Virus record (IMG/VR): IMGVR_UViG_3300045110_000325
Coordinates: 1-63,735 of that record
Length of the DNA: 63,735 bases
Reading direction: 5' to 3' (one strand)
Origin: a virus
Taxonomy: Duplodnaviria; Caudoviricetes
This document shows, piece by piece, positions 47,070 through 56,508 of this stretch. Position 1 is the first letter of the stretch. Each line of letters starts with the position of its first letter. Below the pieces are notes generated by a model that was not told the origin of the DNA, did not search any database, and was given only the letters and a program-made list of their open reading frames with translations. A program made the position numbers and the translations under genes.

Positions 47070-47860
47070 ACCCCCCAGGAGTTGCGCAGGTGTTTGACCA
47101 TCTCCGCGGCGGCGCGGGGCACGGCGAACCCGAACCCCGTCGGAAGCTCGTCGCCGCCGCCGAACGTGTCGGTGCCCATGCCGTGGTCACGCCGCCACAT
47201 GTGCGCGGCGATCTCCGCGGTCGCGACAACCGCCTCCTCGGGGCACTGGTTCGCCCGGCCAGCGACATAGGTCACGCGGACGGGGCCGTAGACGCAGCCG
47301 CCGTCTTTGCGCTCCACGATCCCCGAAGGACCGTCCACGTCGAGGTCAGCCACGGTCTGGGCGACCCCGCCGGTGCGAATCGGAACGACAGAGGTCACCG
47401 AGACAACGGGGATCTTCCGCAGCGCCAACGCGTGGCCGCCGAGGTGCTTCTCGACCACGGTCTCGTTCGCGACCGGGCCGATGCGCGACTCCACCCATGC
47501 CGTGGCCATCTGCAGCAGCTCGCCGATCTCGTCGAGGTCGCCCTGCCCGTTGAGCAGGGCCTGCACGTCCTCGGCCGACGCGATCCACCGCGGCGACCCG
47601 GCGCGAACATAGAACACGCCTTCTCTCGCGCCGGCCGGCGTCGTCGTCACCCACCGGTAGACGTGCCGGCCCACATCAGCGGTGGTGTAGTCGACCTCGT
47701 AGTGGCCGGTCGGCGAAGGCGCGGGGACCGTCGGCGCAGTCGTCGTCAGGTCCGGCTTCGTGATCGTCAGCACAGCCGTGGCGGCGTTGAGAGGAGTCGG
47801 CGGTGTCGCGCCGTCGTCCACGTCGATCGCCAGCGAAACCTGCGCGCCGAGCGAGAACAC
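47066..47860 (-). CDS. head-tail adaptor with N-terminal Ig-like domain
   Basis: ITKPD..TG.Y..G...W; LR..PVVSVTSV; VTYVAG. Confidence 0.75.
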   Translation of the reverse strand: MFSLGAQVSLAIDVDDGATPPTPLNAATAVLTITKPDLTTTAPTVPAPSPTGHYEVDYTTADVGRHVYRWVTTTPAGAREGVFYVRAGSPRWIASAEDVQALLNGQGDLDEIGELLQMATAWVESRIGPVANETVVEKHLGGHALALRKIPVVSVTSVVPIRTGGVAQTVADLDVDGPSGIVERKDGGCVYGPVRVTYVAGRANQCPEEAVVATAEIAAHMWRRDHGMGTDTFGGGDELPTGFGFAVPRAAAEMVKHLRNSWGV

Positions 47861-47863
47861 GAC

Positions 47864-49405
47864 TCACCTCACTCTCGGTGCGCTGCCCGTTCCCGGGTTG
47901 ACCTTCGCTGCCGTGCCAGAGCCGGAGCTGACGCCTGCCGCCGCGCCGATGCCGACCCGAATGCGGCCAGGGATGCTGGCCGACACTGACGCGGCTGCAG
48001 CCACGTCAGTCAAGCCCGCCACGTCGGCCAACACCAGCGCCTGCGACCAGGCGACGCTGTCGACGAGGCCTGCGATGTCGCTCAGCTCAAGCGACCGCAG
48101 GATCAGCCGGGTGTCGGCGAGGCCAGCCGAGTCGGTGGCTGCCATATCACGCTGCAGACCGGTCGAGGTGGCGTCGGTCAGCCCAGCCGAGTCGGTGAGG
48201 ACTTTCGCCTGACTGAACGCGGTCGCGTCCATTAGGCCGGCCGAGTCGGTGAAGACTTGAGTTCTAGAGAACGCCGCGGAGTCGGCCAGACCCGCGTCAT
48301 CGGTCGGTGTGATGAAACGCGCCGACTGGATGAGCTGCGTGTCCACCAGGCCAGCGCTGTCCGTGAGGACCCTCGCCTGATCCAGCACCACGGCGTCGAC
48401 AAGCCCTGCGGAGTCGGTGACGCCCTTGCTCTGCGCCAAGAGGACGGCGTCAGTGAGGCCTGCGGCGTCGGTCTGTGCGACGGTCTTGATCAGCTCGACG
48501 GCGGCGGCGTCGACAAGCCCTGCGGAGTCGGTGAGCACCGGCGCGACCATCAGCGCCGCCGAGTCGACCAGACCGGCGGAGTCGGTCTCGATGTACTGCT
48601 GCTCGAGGACCGCGGCGTCCGTGAGCCCGGCGGAGTCGGTCTGGTCGACCGGGAACGTGGTCCCGCCTGCCGCCGGGGCTTTGACGGCGAGGCTCAGTGC
48701 CTCCCAGCCCACTGACGCGGAGCACGTCGCCGTGCGGGTGCCCGTCGCGCCTGACACCGTCAGCCGCTCAGAGCAGACCTCCACCACGATCCACGACGAG
48801 GACGGCTGCGCGTCGACCTCTTCGCTCATCGGCGGCGGCGGGGTGTATGTCCGCGCCGTGCCCAGGGTCAGCCCGTAGAACCCGCTGATCAGCAGGTCGT
48901 CGGCGACCGTCGGGGAGATCGTCGGCGCGACGTGGCTGGCTGATGTGCCGCCCGCGCCGAACGTCGCGGCCACGTCGACCGGCGTCGTCGCGTTCACGTT
49001 GGCGACATCGAGGATCACGACCTCGTTTGAGGACGCCGCGTCCCCGCCGAACGTGTAACTGGCGCCCTCGCTGGCGGCGGTCTTCGTCCAGATCTTGATG
49101 TCGCCGTTCGCGGTCGACTGGGTCGAGCCTGACTGCGTCCAGCCGCCCGGGGCGGTCATGCTGGCGGTGCTGCCGTCCGGGTCGGCGAAATGCAAGGCGA
49201 TCAGCAGGTCGCCGTCCACTGTCGCCGGGGGCTTGTTGACGACGATGCTGCCGCCGGCCGAGCCTGCGGACGTTCTGTCCCGCACGTACGGAGCGGTCGG
49301 GGGGAGCCCGTCGGCTCGCCGGTAGTACCGGGTGACGTACCGCGTCTCGTTGAACTCGGCGATGTACCGCTTGCGCAGCCGCCCGTAGTAGGTGCGGACA
49401 GGCAT
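47864..49405 (-). CDS. head fibre/whisker-like protein with TDSAGLxD repeats
   Basis: P..T.DGDLLIA..P.GWT beta domain, then 12 repeats. Confidence 0.7.
   Translation of the reverse strand: MPVRTYYGRLRKRYIAEFNETRYVTRYYRRADGLPPTAPYVRDRTSAGSAGGSIVVNKPPATVDGDLLIALHFADPDGSTASMTAPGGWTQSGSTQSTANGDIKIWTKTAASEGASYTFGGDAASSNEVVILDVANVNATTPVDVAATFGAGGTSASHVAPTISPTVADDLLISGFYGLTLGTARTYTPPPPMSEEVDAQPSSSWIVVEVCSERLTVSGATGTRTATCSASVGWEALSLAVKAPAAGGTTFPVDQTDSAGLTDAAVLEQQYIETDSAGLVDSAALMVAPVLTDSAGLVDAAAVELIKTVAQTDAAGLTDAVLLAQSKGVTDSAGLVDAVVLDQARVLTDSAGLVDTQLIQSARFITPTDDAGLADSAAFSRTQVFTDSAGLMDATAFSQAKVLTDSAGLTDATSTGLQRDMAATDSAGLADTRLILRSLELSDIAGLVDSVAWSQALVLADVAGLTDVAAAASVSASIPGRIRVGIGAAAGVSSGSGTAAKVNPGTGSAPRVR
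48005..48640 (-). repeat. 12 x TDSAGLxD with 18-18-20 aa periodicity
   Basis: Spacers of 10,10,12,10,10,12,10,10,12,10,10 aa. Confidence 0.9.
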
Positions 49406-49425
49406 GGGCTAGCCCCCTTTTTGGA

Positions 49426-49878
49426 CTAGCCGATCTCCACGAGCGTCCAGCCGTAACGCCATGTCTGGCTGGCGGGGGCCGCGGCAAACCGGGAGCCGAG
49501 GATGCCCGCCGCCGCCACCACCAACTGCTCGTCTGGTGTCGGCAGCCAAAGCCAGCCGTTGACGACGTTGAAGCCCTCGCCGTCGTGCACGTCTGTGACG
49601 GTTCCCTCGGCGCTGGCGTTGTGGCCGGCGGTGAACGAGGCCGCGCTGGTCGACGGCCGCACGACGACCGGGGTCACCGCCGTGGTGGTGCCGGCGCCTG
49701 TCTTCCGCACGATCTCGATGCCCGCCTGCGCGGCGGTGGCGCTAGCCGACTCGGTGACCCACGCCCGCACAGCAACGAGCGGCTTGGCTGAGGCCGCGAC
49801 CGCCTGGATGATCGTGATCGCGGTGGAGATCGTCGCCGTCTGGCGGATCGTGTAAGGGTTGCCAAGCTCAGTCGCCAT
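49426..49878 (-). CDS. probable virion structural protein
   Basis: Ala/Thr-rich beta protein, FN..NGWLW.PTP.E. Confidence 0.6.
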   Translation of the reverse strand: MATELGNPYTIRQTATISTAITIIQAVAASAKPLVAVRAWVTESASATAAQAGIEIVRKTGAGTTTAVTPVVVRPSTSAASFTAGHNASAEGTVTDVHDGEGFNVVNGWLWLPTPDEQLVVAAAGILGSRFAAAPASQTWRYGWTLVEIG

Positions 49879-50143
49879 CGACGGCCTCGCTCGCACGCCG
49901 CCAGAACGTCAGCTCGTACATGAAGGGGTGCAGTCGCCCGTCGGCGTACCGCTGCCGTGTCACGACCGTCACCGCGTCGGCGTCAGGGACCGCGTCACCC
50001 GGCGGCGGGACGAAATCAGGGCCGCCGACATGGAACGAGGCGACCCGCTCGAAGCCGGGCAGCGCAGGCTCCGAGTCGGGGGGGAGCTCAATCGCGTCGT
50101 CGTCGAAGGGCACGCCGAACGGCAGCCCGGTTATGCCAGCCAT
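49868..50143 (-). CDS. hypothetical protein
   Basis: GGAGG RBS. Confidence 0.5.
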   Translation of the reverse strand: MAGITGLPFGVPFDDDAIELPPDSEPALPGFERVASFHVGGPDFVPPPGDAVPDADAVTVVTRQRYADGRLHPFMYELTFWRRASEAVDGD

Positions 50144-50149
50144 GCCTGG

Positions 50150-50365
50150 TCACCTCCCTTTCCGTGTCGCGCGCTGCGTGAGAGTCCAGGCGCACGCGGC
50201 GCACACGTACGGCCGGTTGTCCTCAGAGAGGGTCAACACCTGCCCGCACAGCAGGTGCCCCAACTCGCCGCACGCCGAGCAGACGTAAGTCGCCCGCAGA
50301 GGTATCCGCTCCCCGCATGTCCCACAGCACGGGGAGCGTGTCGTCTGGAACCCGTAGAGGCTCAC
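50150..50365 (-). CDS. small Cys-rich zinc-binding protein
   Basis: CGTC, CSAC, H..C, CAAC. Confidence 0.5.
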   Translation of the reverse strand: MSLYGFQTTRSPCCGTCGERIPLRATYVCSACGELGHLLCGQVLTLSEDNRPYVCAACAWTLTQRATRKGR

Positions 50366-51105
50366 CAGTTGCTCGCCGTCGCGTACTGCTGCTGCTGCGT
50401 CCACTGCGATCCTCTCGCCGCCGCACCCGCCTCGGCGGACACCACCGACGCGTACGCGATGTGGTACAAGCCGCCGGCCGGGAGCCCCGTGATCCCCAGT
50501 GAGGTGGAGAAGCCGGCCACGTCGTCGGGATCAGTGCGCTGCACCACCGCGTAGCTGATCTCTCCCGCGAGTGTGCCCTTGTTCACGATCGTGCACCCCG
50601 ACGCCGCCGCCCACGCCGATGTCGAGTTCGCCTGCCAATCGGAGACCACCATGAAGCCCTGGCCGCCGTCGATCGTCGCCGTGTAGCTGACCGTCAGCGT
50701 GCTCCCGCCGTTCTGCCTCGTCCCGTTCGCGTTCGCGATCGGCGTGACAAGATCATGGCCGGTGAGCACGTACGGCTTGAGGATGCTGCCGCGTTCGGCG
50801 GCGGTGTTGTGGCCGTTCGTCACCGTCAGGACAGTGCTGCCCGGCGCGGTCCCCACAAGCGCGTGGAAGAAAGCCGCCTGCCCATCCAGCGACGGCGTGC
50901 CCGACCCCTTGTGATCCCAGGCGTCCGTCGTCCAGGTCTGTGCGGGACTGCTGGACTTCGACGGGGCCAACGGGTCCACCGAGCCCGTGTTCCCCGCCCA
51001 GAGCGCGATGATCAGCGAGTTGTCCGGCGGAGTGAAAGCCGTCGACGCGTTCGCCTGCGCTGACGTGGTCGACGCCGCCGGGGAGGAGTCGATGACCAGC
51101 GGCAT
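50362..51105 (-). CDS. probable virion fibre/decoration protein
   Basis: ID.S.PA..T.FTPP..SL..A; Ser/Thr-rich. Confidence 0.6.
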   Translation of the reverse strand: MPLVIDSSPAASTTSAQANASTAFTPPDNSLIIALWAGNTGSVDPLAPSKSSSPAQTWTTDAWDHKGSGTPSLDGQAAFFHALVGTAPGSTVLTVTNGHNTAAERGSILKPYVLTGHDLVTPIANANGTRQNGGSTLTVSYTATIDGGQGFMVVSDWQANSTSAWAAASGCTIVNKGTLAGEISYAVVQRTDPDDVAGFSTSLGITGLPAGGLYHIAYASVVSAEAGAAARGSQWTQQQQYATASNW

Positions 51106-51638
51106 CAGTCGCTCGCGATGACCCCGGCGATGTCATCAAAGCTCGCCGTGACCTGGAACTCCACATCGGAGTCGATGGGATGCTTCCGCGCGTACCCGCT
51201 GGCTGTGCCCACGCCGTTCGCGCCGACTGCGACAGTGAACGTCGTGGTCGAGCCGACGACGGTGACCTCCCAGCCGCCGTTCGCGTTCGTGTTCACCAGG
51301 TGCGACGCGATCTCGACGGTGTCCCCCACCGCCAGGCCGTGCGCCGCGGCGGTCGTCACCACCGTCGGGGTCGCGTTCGTCGATGACGAGATCGCGACCG
51401 GCGAGCCCATCGCGACCGTCGAGTTCTGCACCACCGCGTAAACGAATCGGTCGAGGTACGCCGACGGGTTGTTCAACACCAGCGTGGCGAGCTGCTGGCG
51501 TTTCTGCCACTTCGCGTTGCCCATCGCGGCCTGGGCCTCGCCCTGGACCGCGGTGGCGACCTTCGCCATCGCGACCTGCACCCGCGACCGAAACGTCCCA
51601 TTGCCCGCCAGCGACGCCTGCGAAATGAAGTTCGCCAC
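51105..51638 (-). CDS. virion protein with inserted NATP..HGL..GD.V beta domain
   Basis: Paralogue of 37224-37562 plus an insertion. Confidence 0.65.
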   Translation of the reverse strand: MANFISQASLAGNGTFRSRVQVAMAKVATAVQGEAQAAMGNAKWQKRQQLATLVLNNPSAYLDRFVYAVVQNSTVAMGSPVAISSSTNATPTVVTTAAAHGLAVGDTVEIASHLVNTNANGGWEVTVVGSTTTFTVAVGANGVGTASGYARKHPIDSDVEFQVTASFDDIAGVIASD

Positions 51639-51641
51639 CGG

Positions 51642-52202
51642 TCAGACCCCCAGAAACTTGGCGTTCCAGGTAATTACTAAGGTATCTGAGGCGCTTTTAT
51701 TTATCGCTGTGAACACGACTCGATGAGCTGTGTTCGCTGCCGTCGTGGTCGCGTCGGTGGCCGCGTCGTTGACGATGACTGCCTCGGTGATCGCCGCGTT
51801 CGTCACGTCCCCCGCAGCCCACGTCGTTTTGTACTGGCCGTTCACGCCCAGGCCGGCGCCGAGGTTCTGTGTCGCCGGGAACGACGCGTCGAACGGGTTG
51901 TTCGACGCCGCGATGTAGGTGACCAGCGCCGCGCCAGCCCCCGACTTCGCCGCGGCCGTCGTGCCCGTGCCCAACTTCATCCCGGTCATCTTCGTGGGCT
52001 GCGGGGGCGCGGCCGGGGTCACCAACGCGATCGCCATGCCCGCGTAGTACAGGTCACCCGCGTCGGTTATCAGGTTGTCCGCGCGGCGCTCGTCCTTGAC
52101 TTGCCCATCGGGGCCGATCAACTGGATGAGGATGTTGCCTTTGAACCCGCCGTCTGGCCCGGCCGGGTCCTGCTCTTCGACTTCGATCGGCTCAACAGGC
52201 AC
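51642..52202 (-). CDS. virion structural protein (fibre or decoration type)
   Basis: NLIT..G, M.LGTG.TA, AITEA, V.F..INK...DTL..TW. Confidence 0.7.
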   Translation of the reverse strand: MPVEPIEVEEQDPAGPDGGFKGNILIQLIGPDGQVKDERRADNLITDAGDLYYAGMAIALVTPAAPPQPTKMTGMKLGTGTTAAAKSGAGAALVTYIAASNNPFDASFPATQNLGAGLGVNGQYKTTWAAGDVTNAAITEAVIVNDAATDATTTAANTAHRVVFTAINKSASDTLVITWNAKFLGV

Positions 52203-52303
52203 AGGGGATTCCCTTCTGGCGGGCTCGGTCAGTCAAGTCGAGCCGGCGGCCGGGGCGGGAGTCGAGGCCGCCCCGGCCTGCTAGTGGTTACCTGCCGACG
52301 GCT

Positions 52304-52537
52304 CTACGTGGCCTGGCGCTGCTTGACGGTCCGGCTCTGCGGCGGCTCCGACTTCGCGTCGTCGCTCTTCGCCGCCGCCTTGCGCTCCTCAGCGGCGTCG
52401 GCCTTCAGGCCCAGCTCCGCGAGTTGCTTGTCGACCGCGCGGACGCGCTCCGAGTTGCCGTAGGCCACGGCGTTCTCGCGCTCGTTGCGGAGCTGCTGCA
52501 CCAGAGTGGCCTGCTGGTAAGGGACCTCGTCGCTCAC
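52304..52537 (-). CDS. small capsid-associated protein
   Basis: L..ER....G...R...VD..L. Confidence 0.6.
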   Translation of the reverse strand: MSDEVPYQQATLVQQLRNERENAVAYGNSERVRAVDKQLAELGLKADAAEERKAAAKSDDAKSEPPQSRTVKQRQAT

Positions 52538-53055
52538 TGAAGCTCCAATCGCGGGTAGTGCAGATGCACGGGCCGAACATGCCAAGCGATGGGCACGTCC
52601 TCAGAGACGTTGCGGTGATGCCACCCCGACAACGTGCCGTCGGAGACATGCCCCGCGGGATTCGCGGACATGTACGCCTCGACGAAGACTCGCGGCAGGT
52701 ACGTCATGCCCAGACCCCACAGGTGGCAGGTCCGGTCATCGGGGGTGACGTGCCGCAGGTGGCCGGTCTCCGGCGTCCCCTCGTAGCGGCGGTGAGCCCA
52801 CTGGCCAGGTGGCCGGGTGTCGTACAGCCGGTACGGGGCGACAAGGACCCGATCCGGCTCCGACTGGGCCATGTTCGCGAACGCCCGAAGATCCTCTTTG
52901 CCGACCGCGATATCCCACTCGAGAAGCAGGATGTCGTCGGCCACGTCGGCGAGGCACCGGTAGTCGTGGCCGTCCATGGCCAGCCGCGGCAGGTCGTCCT
53001 GGACATAGGACCGGCCCTCCGGCACCGTCGCCGGCCAGGAGCGGATCAGCCTCAC
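52534..53055 (-). CDS. 'RLxRSWP' family paralogue 3, putative GT-A-like enzyme
   Basis: LLEWDIA, VLVAPYRLY, G.G.TYLPR, V.PVHLHY. Confidence 0.65.
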   Translation of the reverse strand: MRLIRSWPATVPEGRSYVQDDLPRLAMDGHDYRCLADVADDILLLEWDIAVGKEDLRAFANMAQSEPDRVLVAPYRLYDTRPPGQWAHRRYEGTPETGHLRHVTPDDRTCHLWGLGMTYLPRVFVEAYMSANPAGHVSDGTLSGWHHRNVSEDVPIAWHVRPVHLHYPRLELQ

Positions 53056-53624
53056 GTGTGGTAGTCCACGGTCACATCGCCGACGAAGGCCCACTCCGCG
53101 CCGGCCTGCATCCAGCGGTCCACGATGTCCCAGTCGATCGTCGGCAGCGACGGCTCCCACGTGCCTAGGTCGAGCAGTTCACGGCGATGGACGATGATCG
53201 ACGTGTCGATGCCGCAGTACACCGGGGGGTCGGTGCCCACCACCGAGCCCGACGGGTGGACGAGCATCTGGCTGTACGCGAACGCGGCGTCGGGGTTGTC
53301 CTCCAGCGCCGCCACGAGTAGCTCCAGGTGCCGGGGGCGGTAGGCGTTGTCGTCGTCGAGGTAGGCGATCAGCTCGCCCTTCGCGAGCTCCAAGCCGCGC
53401 AGGCGTGCCCAGTGCCCCCATCGCGCGTCGTCGTCGTGCTCGTCGAGGGCCTCGAAGACGACACCGGCCGGCAACTGCTCGGCCAACCCCACGTCCGGGC
53501 CGTCCGAGACGACGACGTGCTCCACGGCCGGGTGGGTCTGCGCCTGCACCGACGGGACGCAACGATCGAGCAGCTCCCAATGCCTCTGCCAAGTAGGGGT
53601 TATCACGGACACGGTCGGGGTCAC
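53052..53624 (-). CDS. GT2 glycosyltransferase
   Basis: VSVITPTW..SV.AQT..VSDG ... IAYLDDDN ... IDWD. Confidence 0.9.
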   Translation of the reverse strand: MTPTVSVITPTWQRHWELLDRCVPSVQAQTHPAVEHVVVSDGPDVGLAEQLPAGVVFEALDEHDDDARWGHWARLRGLELAKGELIAYLDDDNAYRPRHLELLVAALEDNPDAAFAYSQMLVHPSGSVVGTDPPVYCGIDTSIIVHRRELLDLGTWEPSLPTIDWDIVDRWMQAGAEWAFVGDVTVDYHT

Positions 53625-54265
53625 CGGTGGTCCCGATGGCCGAGCAGGCTGAACCGCTTGTTCCCCTGCCAGTCGATCGGGATGTCGGCCGGCCGCAAGC
53701 CGGCGCGGAGGAGCACATACGGCTCGCTGATCTGGTCCTCATACGTCCAGCGGACCATCTCAGCCAGCCACGCGTCGCCGAAGGCAGGACAGTCGGCCGC
53801 GCGGACCATGAGCCCCGTCCACCACACACCCCAGTCCACCGGGTGGCCGTCGGCGATGTAATGCCGCGCTTGCTCCCAGACCGGCAGCCCGTCGTACTTC
53901 GGCATTCCCGACGCGACCGACGCCTCCGCGAGGAGGCTGGCGCGCTCGACGCTGTGGTGCTGCGCCAAGTCTTCGTCGCCGAGGGAGTCGACACACCAGC
54001 GGACAAAATCCGGGGACTCGATCCGCAGGTTGCCGTCGACCCAGATCAGCACGTCCGCGTCGGAGTACTGCTCGGGGTTGGCCTTCGCGACCTTCGCCGC
54101 GAGCCGCGGATGCAGCTGCGGGCGGGGCTCGACGACGACCTTCCACGGCTCGCACTGGAGCGGCTGGTCGGTGACCATCACCCAGTCGCACGGCATGTCC
54201 TGCGCGACCGGGGCGAGCGGCTGGTCGTATCCACCGAAGATCGAACTGATTACGGCGACGCTCAT
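53621..54265 (-). CDS. glycosyltransferase-like protein (DUF616/TOD1-MUCI70-like)
   Basis: SIFGGYD, AK..K..P, IWVDG, DQIS.PY. Confidence 0.75.
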   Translation of the reverse strand: MSVAVISSIFGGYDQPLAPVAQDMPCDWVMVTDQPLQCEPWKVVVEPRPQLHPRLAAKVAKANPEQYSDADVLIWVDGNLRIESPDFVRWCVDSLGDEDLAQHHSVERASLLAEASVASGMPKYDGLPVWEQARHYIADGHPVDWGVWWTGLMVRAADCPAFGDAWLAEMVRWTYEDQISEPYVLLRAGLRPADIPIDWQGNKRFSLLGHRDHR

Positions 54266-54459
54266 CAGGCCGACACCCACTCGGGGCCGAACTGGTGATC
54301 GCATATCAGGCACAGATGCGCGACGACCTCGCCGCTGATGGACTCGACCGGCACGACTTCCAAGTGGAGGCACCGGACCTGGACAAGCACCGGCTCAGGG
54401 TCGCCGAACGTCTGGACGCTGGCCCACTCCCACCGCGGGTCCGGCTCGACACCGCTCAC
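54265..54459 (-). CDS. small Zn-binding protein
   Basis: C.H ... VA.LC..CD. Confidence 0.55.
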   Translation of the reverse strand: MSGVEPDPRWEWASVQTFGDPEPVLVQVRCLHLEVVPVESISGEVVAHLCLICDHQFGPEWVSA

Positions 54460-55352
54460 CGCGCCGCCAAATAGTCGCGGTACCAGGCCACCGTCTCGTC
54501 GAGCCGGTGCGGCCACGGGTTGAGGCACCTCGGATCGGCGGCCACGACCTCCGCGCCCTCAGGCTCACCCGGGCGCATCGGCACGTGCGTCACCTGCGAC
54601 CGCGAGCCGGCCGCCTCGATGACCGCCCACGCCGCGTCCAGCACCGTCGTGGGCTTCCCGGTGCCGGCCTCGACGACCTCGCCGTACGGGCCGCCGACCG
54701 CGTCGACCAGGACCCTCGCCACGTCGTCGACGTGGACAAGGTCGACGACCTGCGCGCCCGAGCCGTTGACCTCCACGTCCATGCCCGTGAGCGCGCGACA
54801 CGCGAACGAGGGGATGATCTTCCGGACCGTCGACTTGCCGTGCGGCGGGCACGCCTTCTGGCCTGGGCCGTAAACATGGTAGGCGCGGACCACGGCGATC
54901 TTCTCGCCGCGCCATTGCGCCCGCGCGAGGCCGATGTCCTCCGCCGCGCCCTTCGTGATCGCATAAGGGTTCGGCTGGCCCTTGTGCCCGGTGCCGATCT
55001 GCACCACCGGGACGCCCGCGTGGGCCGCGGCGTCGTAGACGTTGATCGCGCCGATGATGTTGACATCGGCGGCGGCCAACTCGGCAGGACAGGGCCGAGA
55101 CAACCACCCCGGACCCCCGGGCAGAGATGGCGGCGCGCTGGCCGGGTCAACCTGCAGAAGCTCGGACGTGCCGAGCATCCCCGCGAGGTTGACCACCGCA
55201 TGGGCCTCGGCGACCGCCGGCCACAGATCCTGCTCCAGCAGAATGGTCTTCGTCGGCAGGTCGAACGGGACGCACTCCATGCCGCGCGACTCCAACTCGC
55301 GGCGGACCGCCGAGCCGATGAAGCCACGAGAGCCCGTGACCAGGACCCTCAT
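54456..55352 (-). CDS. NAD-dependent sugar epimerase/dehydratase (extended SDR)
   Basis: TGSRGFIG, YAITK, VYGPG, HVDDVA. Confidence 0.92.
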   Translation of the reverse strand: MRVLVTGSRGFIGSAVRRELESRGMECVPFDLPTKTILLEQDLWPAVAEAHAVVNLAGMLGTSELLQVDPASAPPSLPGGPGWLSRPCPAELAAADVNIIGAINVYDAAAHAGVPVVQIGTGHKGQPNPYAITKGAAEDIGLARAQWRGEKIAVVRAYHVYGPGQKACPPHGKSTVRKIIPSFACRALTGMDVEVNGSGAQVVDLVHVDDVARVLVDAVGGPYGEVVEAGTGKPTTVLDAAWAVIEAAGSRSQVTHVPMRPGEPEGAEVVAADPRCLNPWPHRLDETVAWYRDYLAAR

Positions 55353-55882
55353 GGCCTGACCACGAACAGCGTGTCGACCAGCTCGTCCGGGCCGTCCGGC
55401 GGCCAGCCGTCCAGCGCCGCGCGAACGCCCGGGCAGCAGCAGTCCTCGCCGTAATCGTGACAAGCCAGAACCCCGCCAGGAGCGAGAAGCTTCAGCCCCC
55501 ACGACACGTCGTGCTCCACGGCCTCGCGGGCGTGGTCGCCATCGACGAACACCAGGTTGAACCGCTCACCCGCGTCAGCCAGCGCAGGAAGCGCCTCGTT
55601 GCTGCGGCGGCGGTCGACAACCACTCGGTCAGCGACCCCGTAGAAGCCCAGGTTCGCGGCCATGACACCCGCCGACTGCAGCCAGTCGTGCGGGTCGACC
55701 GCGTGGACCTCGGCTCTCGCCAGGGCCATCACGACCGCGCTGTACCCGAACGCCGAGCCGACCTCCAGCACACGCCGGCCTTCCCCTGCCAGCTCGCGCA
55801 ACTTGGCCGACTCGGCGTCGGTGATGGACGTGGCGATCGCCGGGCCGGGGCCCGGGGCGACATCTCGCCAGGGCAGATGCAT
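55349..55882 (-). CDS. class I SAM methyltransferase (Methyltransf_24-like)
   Basis: VLEVGSAFGYS, FVDGDH, GG.LACHDY. Confidence 0.88.
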   Translation of the reverse strand: MHLPWRDVAPGPGPAIATSITDAESAKLRELAGEGRRVLEVGSAFGYSAVVMALARAEVHAVDPHDWLQSAGVMAANLGFYGVADRVVVDRRRSNEALPALADAGERFNLVFVDGDHAREAVEHDVSWGLKLLAPGGVLACHDYGEDCCCPGVRAALDGWPPDGPDELVDTLFVVRP

Positions 55883-55947
55883 GTTGGGGACACCTCCGCA
55901 TCGGTGTCCACCGGCCGGCGATGCGGGCGCCGGCCGGTGGCCTGTGG

Positions 55948-56508
55948 TCAGAACGCCGGGAAGTCGAAGTGCAGATGCACGGGCCGGACATCCCAGCAGA
56001 TCGGCACGTCCCGCTGGATGTGGTTGTGATGCCACAACGAGAACGACGTGTCGTTGAGCTTGCGCAGCAGCGGGAACCGCCGCGCCGCCTCGACATAGCC
56101 GCGGATCAGATCCCGCGGCAAGTAGGTCAGGCCGAACCCGAAGGTCTGGCAGAACGGGTCGCCCGTCGCCACCGGCTCCATCAGCAGCCCGTCGTAGCGC
56201 AGGTGGACCCAGAACCCCCCGTCGGCGTTCATGTGGCCGGACCACTTCCGCTCCAGGTCGCCACCCGGCGCGGCGTAGAGGCGATACGGGGCCACCAGCA
56301 CCCGCGACGGGTCACGGCGGGCGTCGGCGGCGAAGAACAGCAAGTCTTCGGCGGTCGTCGCGATGTCCCACTCGATCAACAGGATGTCGTCGTCGTAGTC
56401 GGCGAGCGGCGAGTAGTCGAAGCTGTCCATGACCAGTCGCTCGCACCCGTCGACCACATGCGCGCGGTGCTCTGGGACCGCCGCCGGCCAGGAGCGGATC
56501 AGGCGCAA
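55948..56508 (-). CDS. 'RLxRSWP' family paralogue 2, putative GT-A-like enzyme
   Basis: Same motif set; TTG start overlapping paralogue 1. Confidence 0.65.
   Translation of the reverse strand: MRLIRSWPAAVPEHRAHVVDGCERLVMDSFDYSPLADYDDDILLIEWDIATTAEDLLFFAADARRDPSRVLVAPYRLYAAPGGDLERKWSGHMNADGGFWVHLRYDGLLMEPVATGDPFCQTFGFGLTYLPRDLIRGYVEAARRFPLLRKLNDTSFSLWHHNHIQRDVPICWDVRPVHLHFDFPAF

Noticed and set aside
52222-52278. Fourth copy of the hairpin/pseudoknot motif
   Set aside because: An 11-bp stem is present, but loop-downstream complementarity is only ~4 bp and competes with a second hairpin
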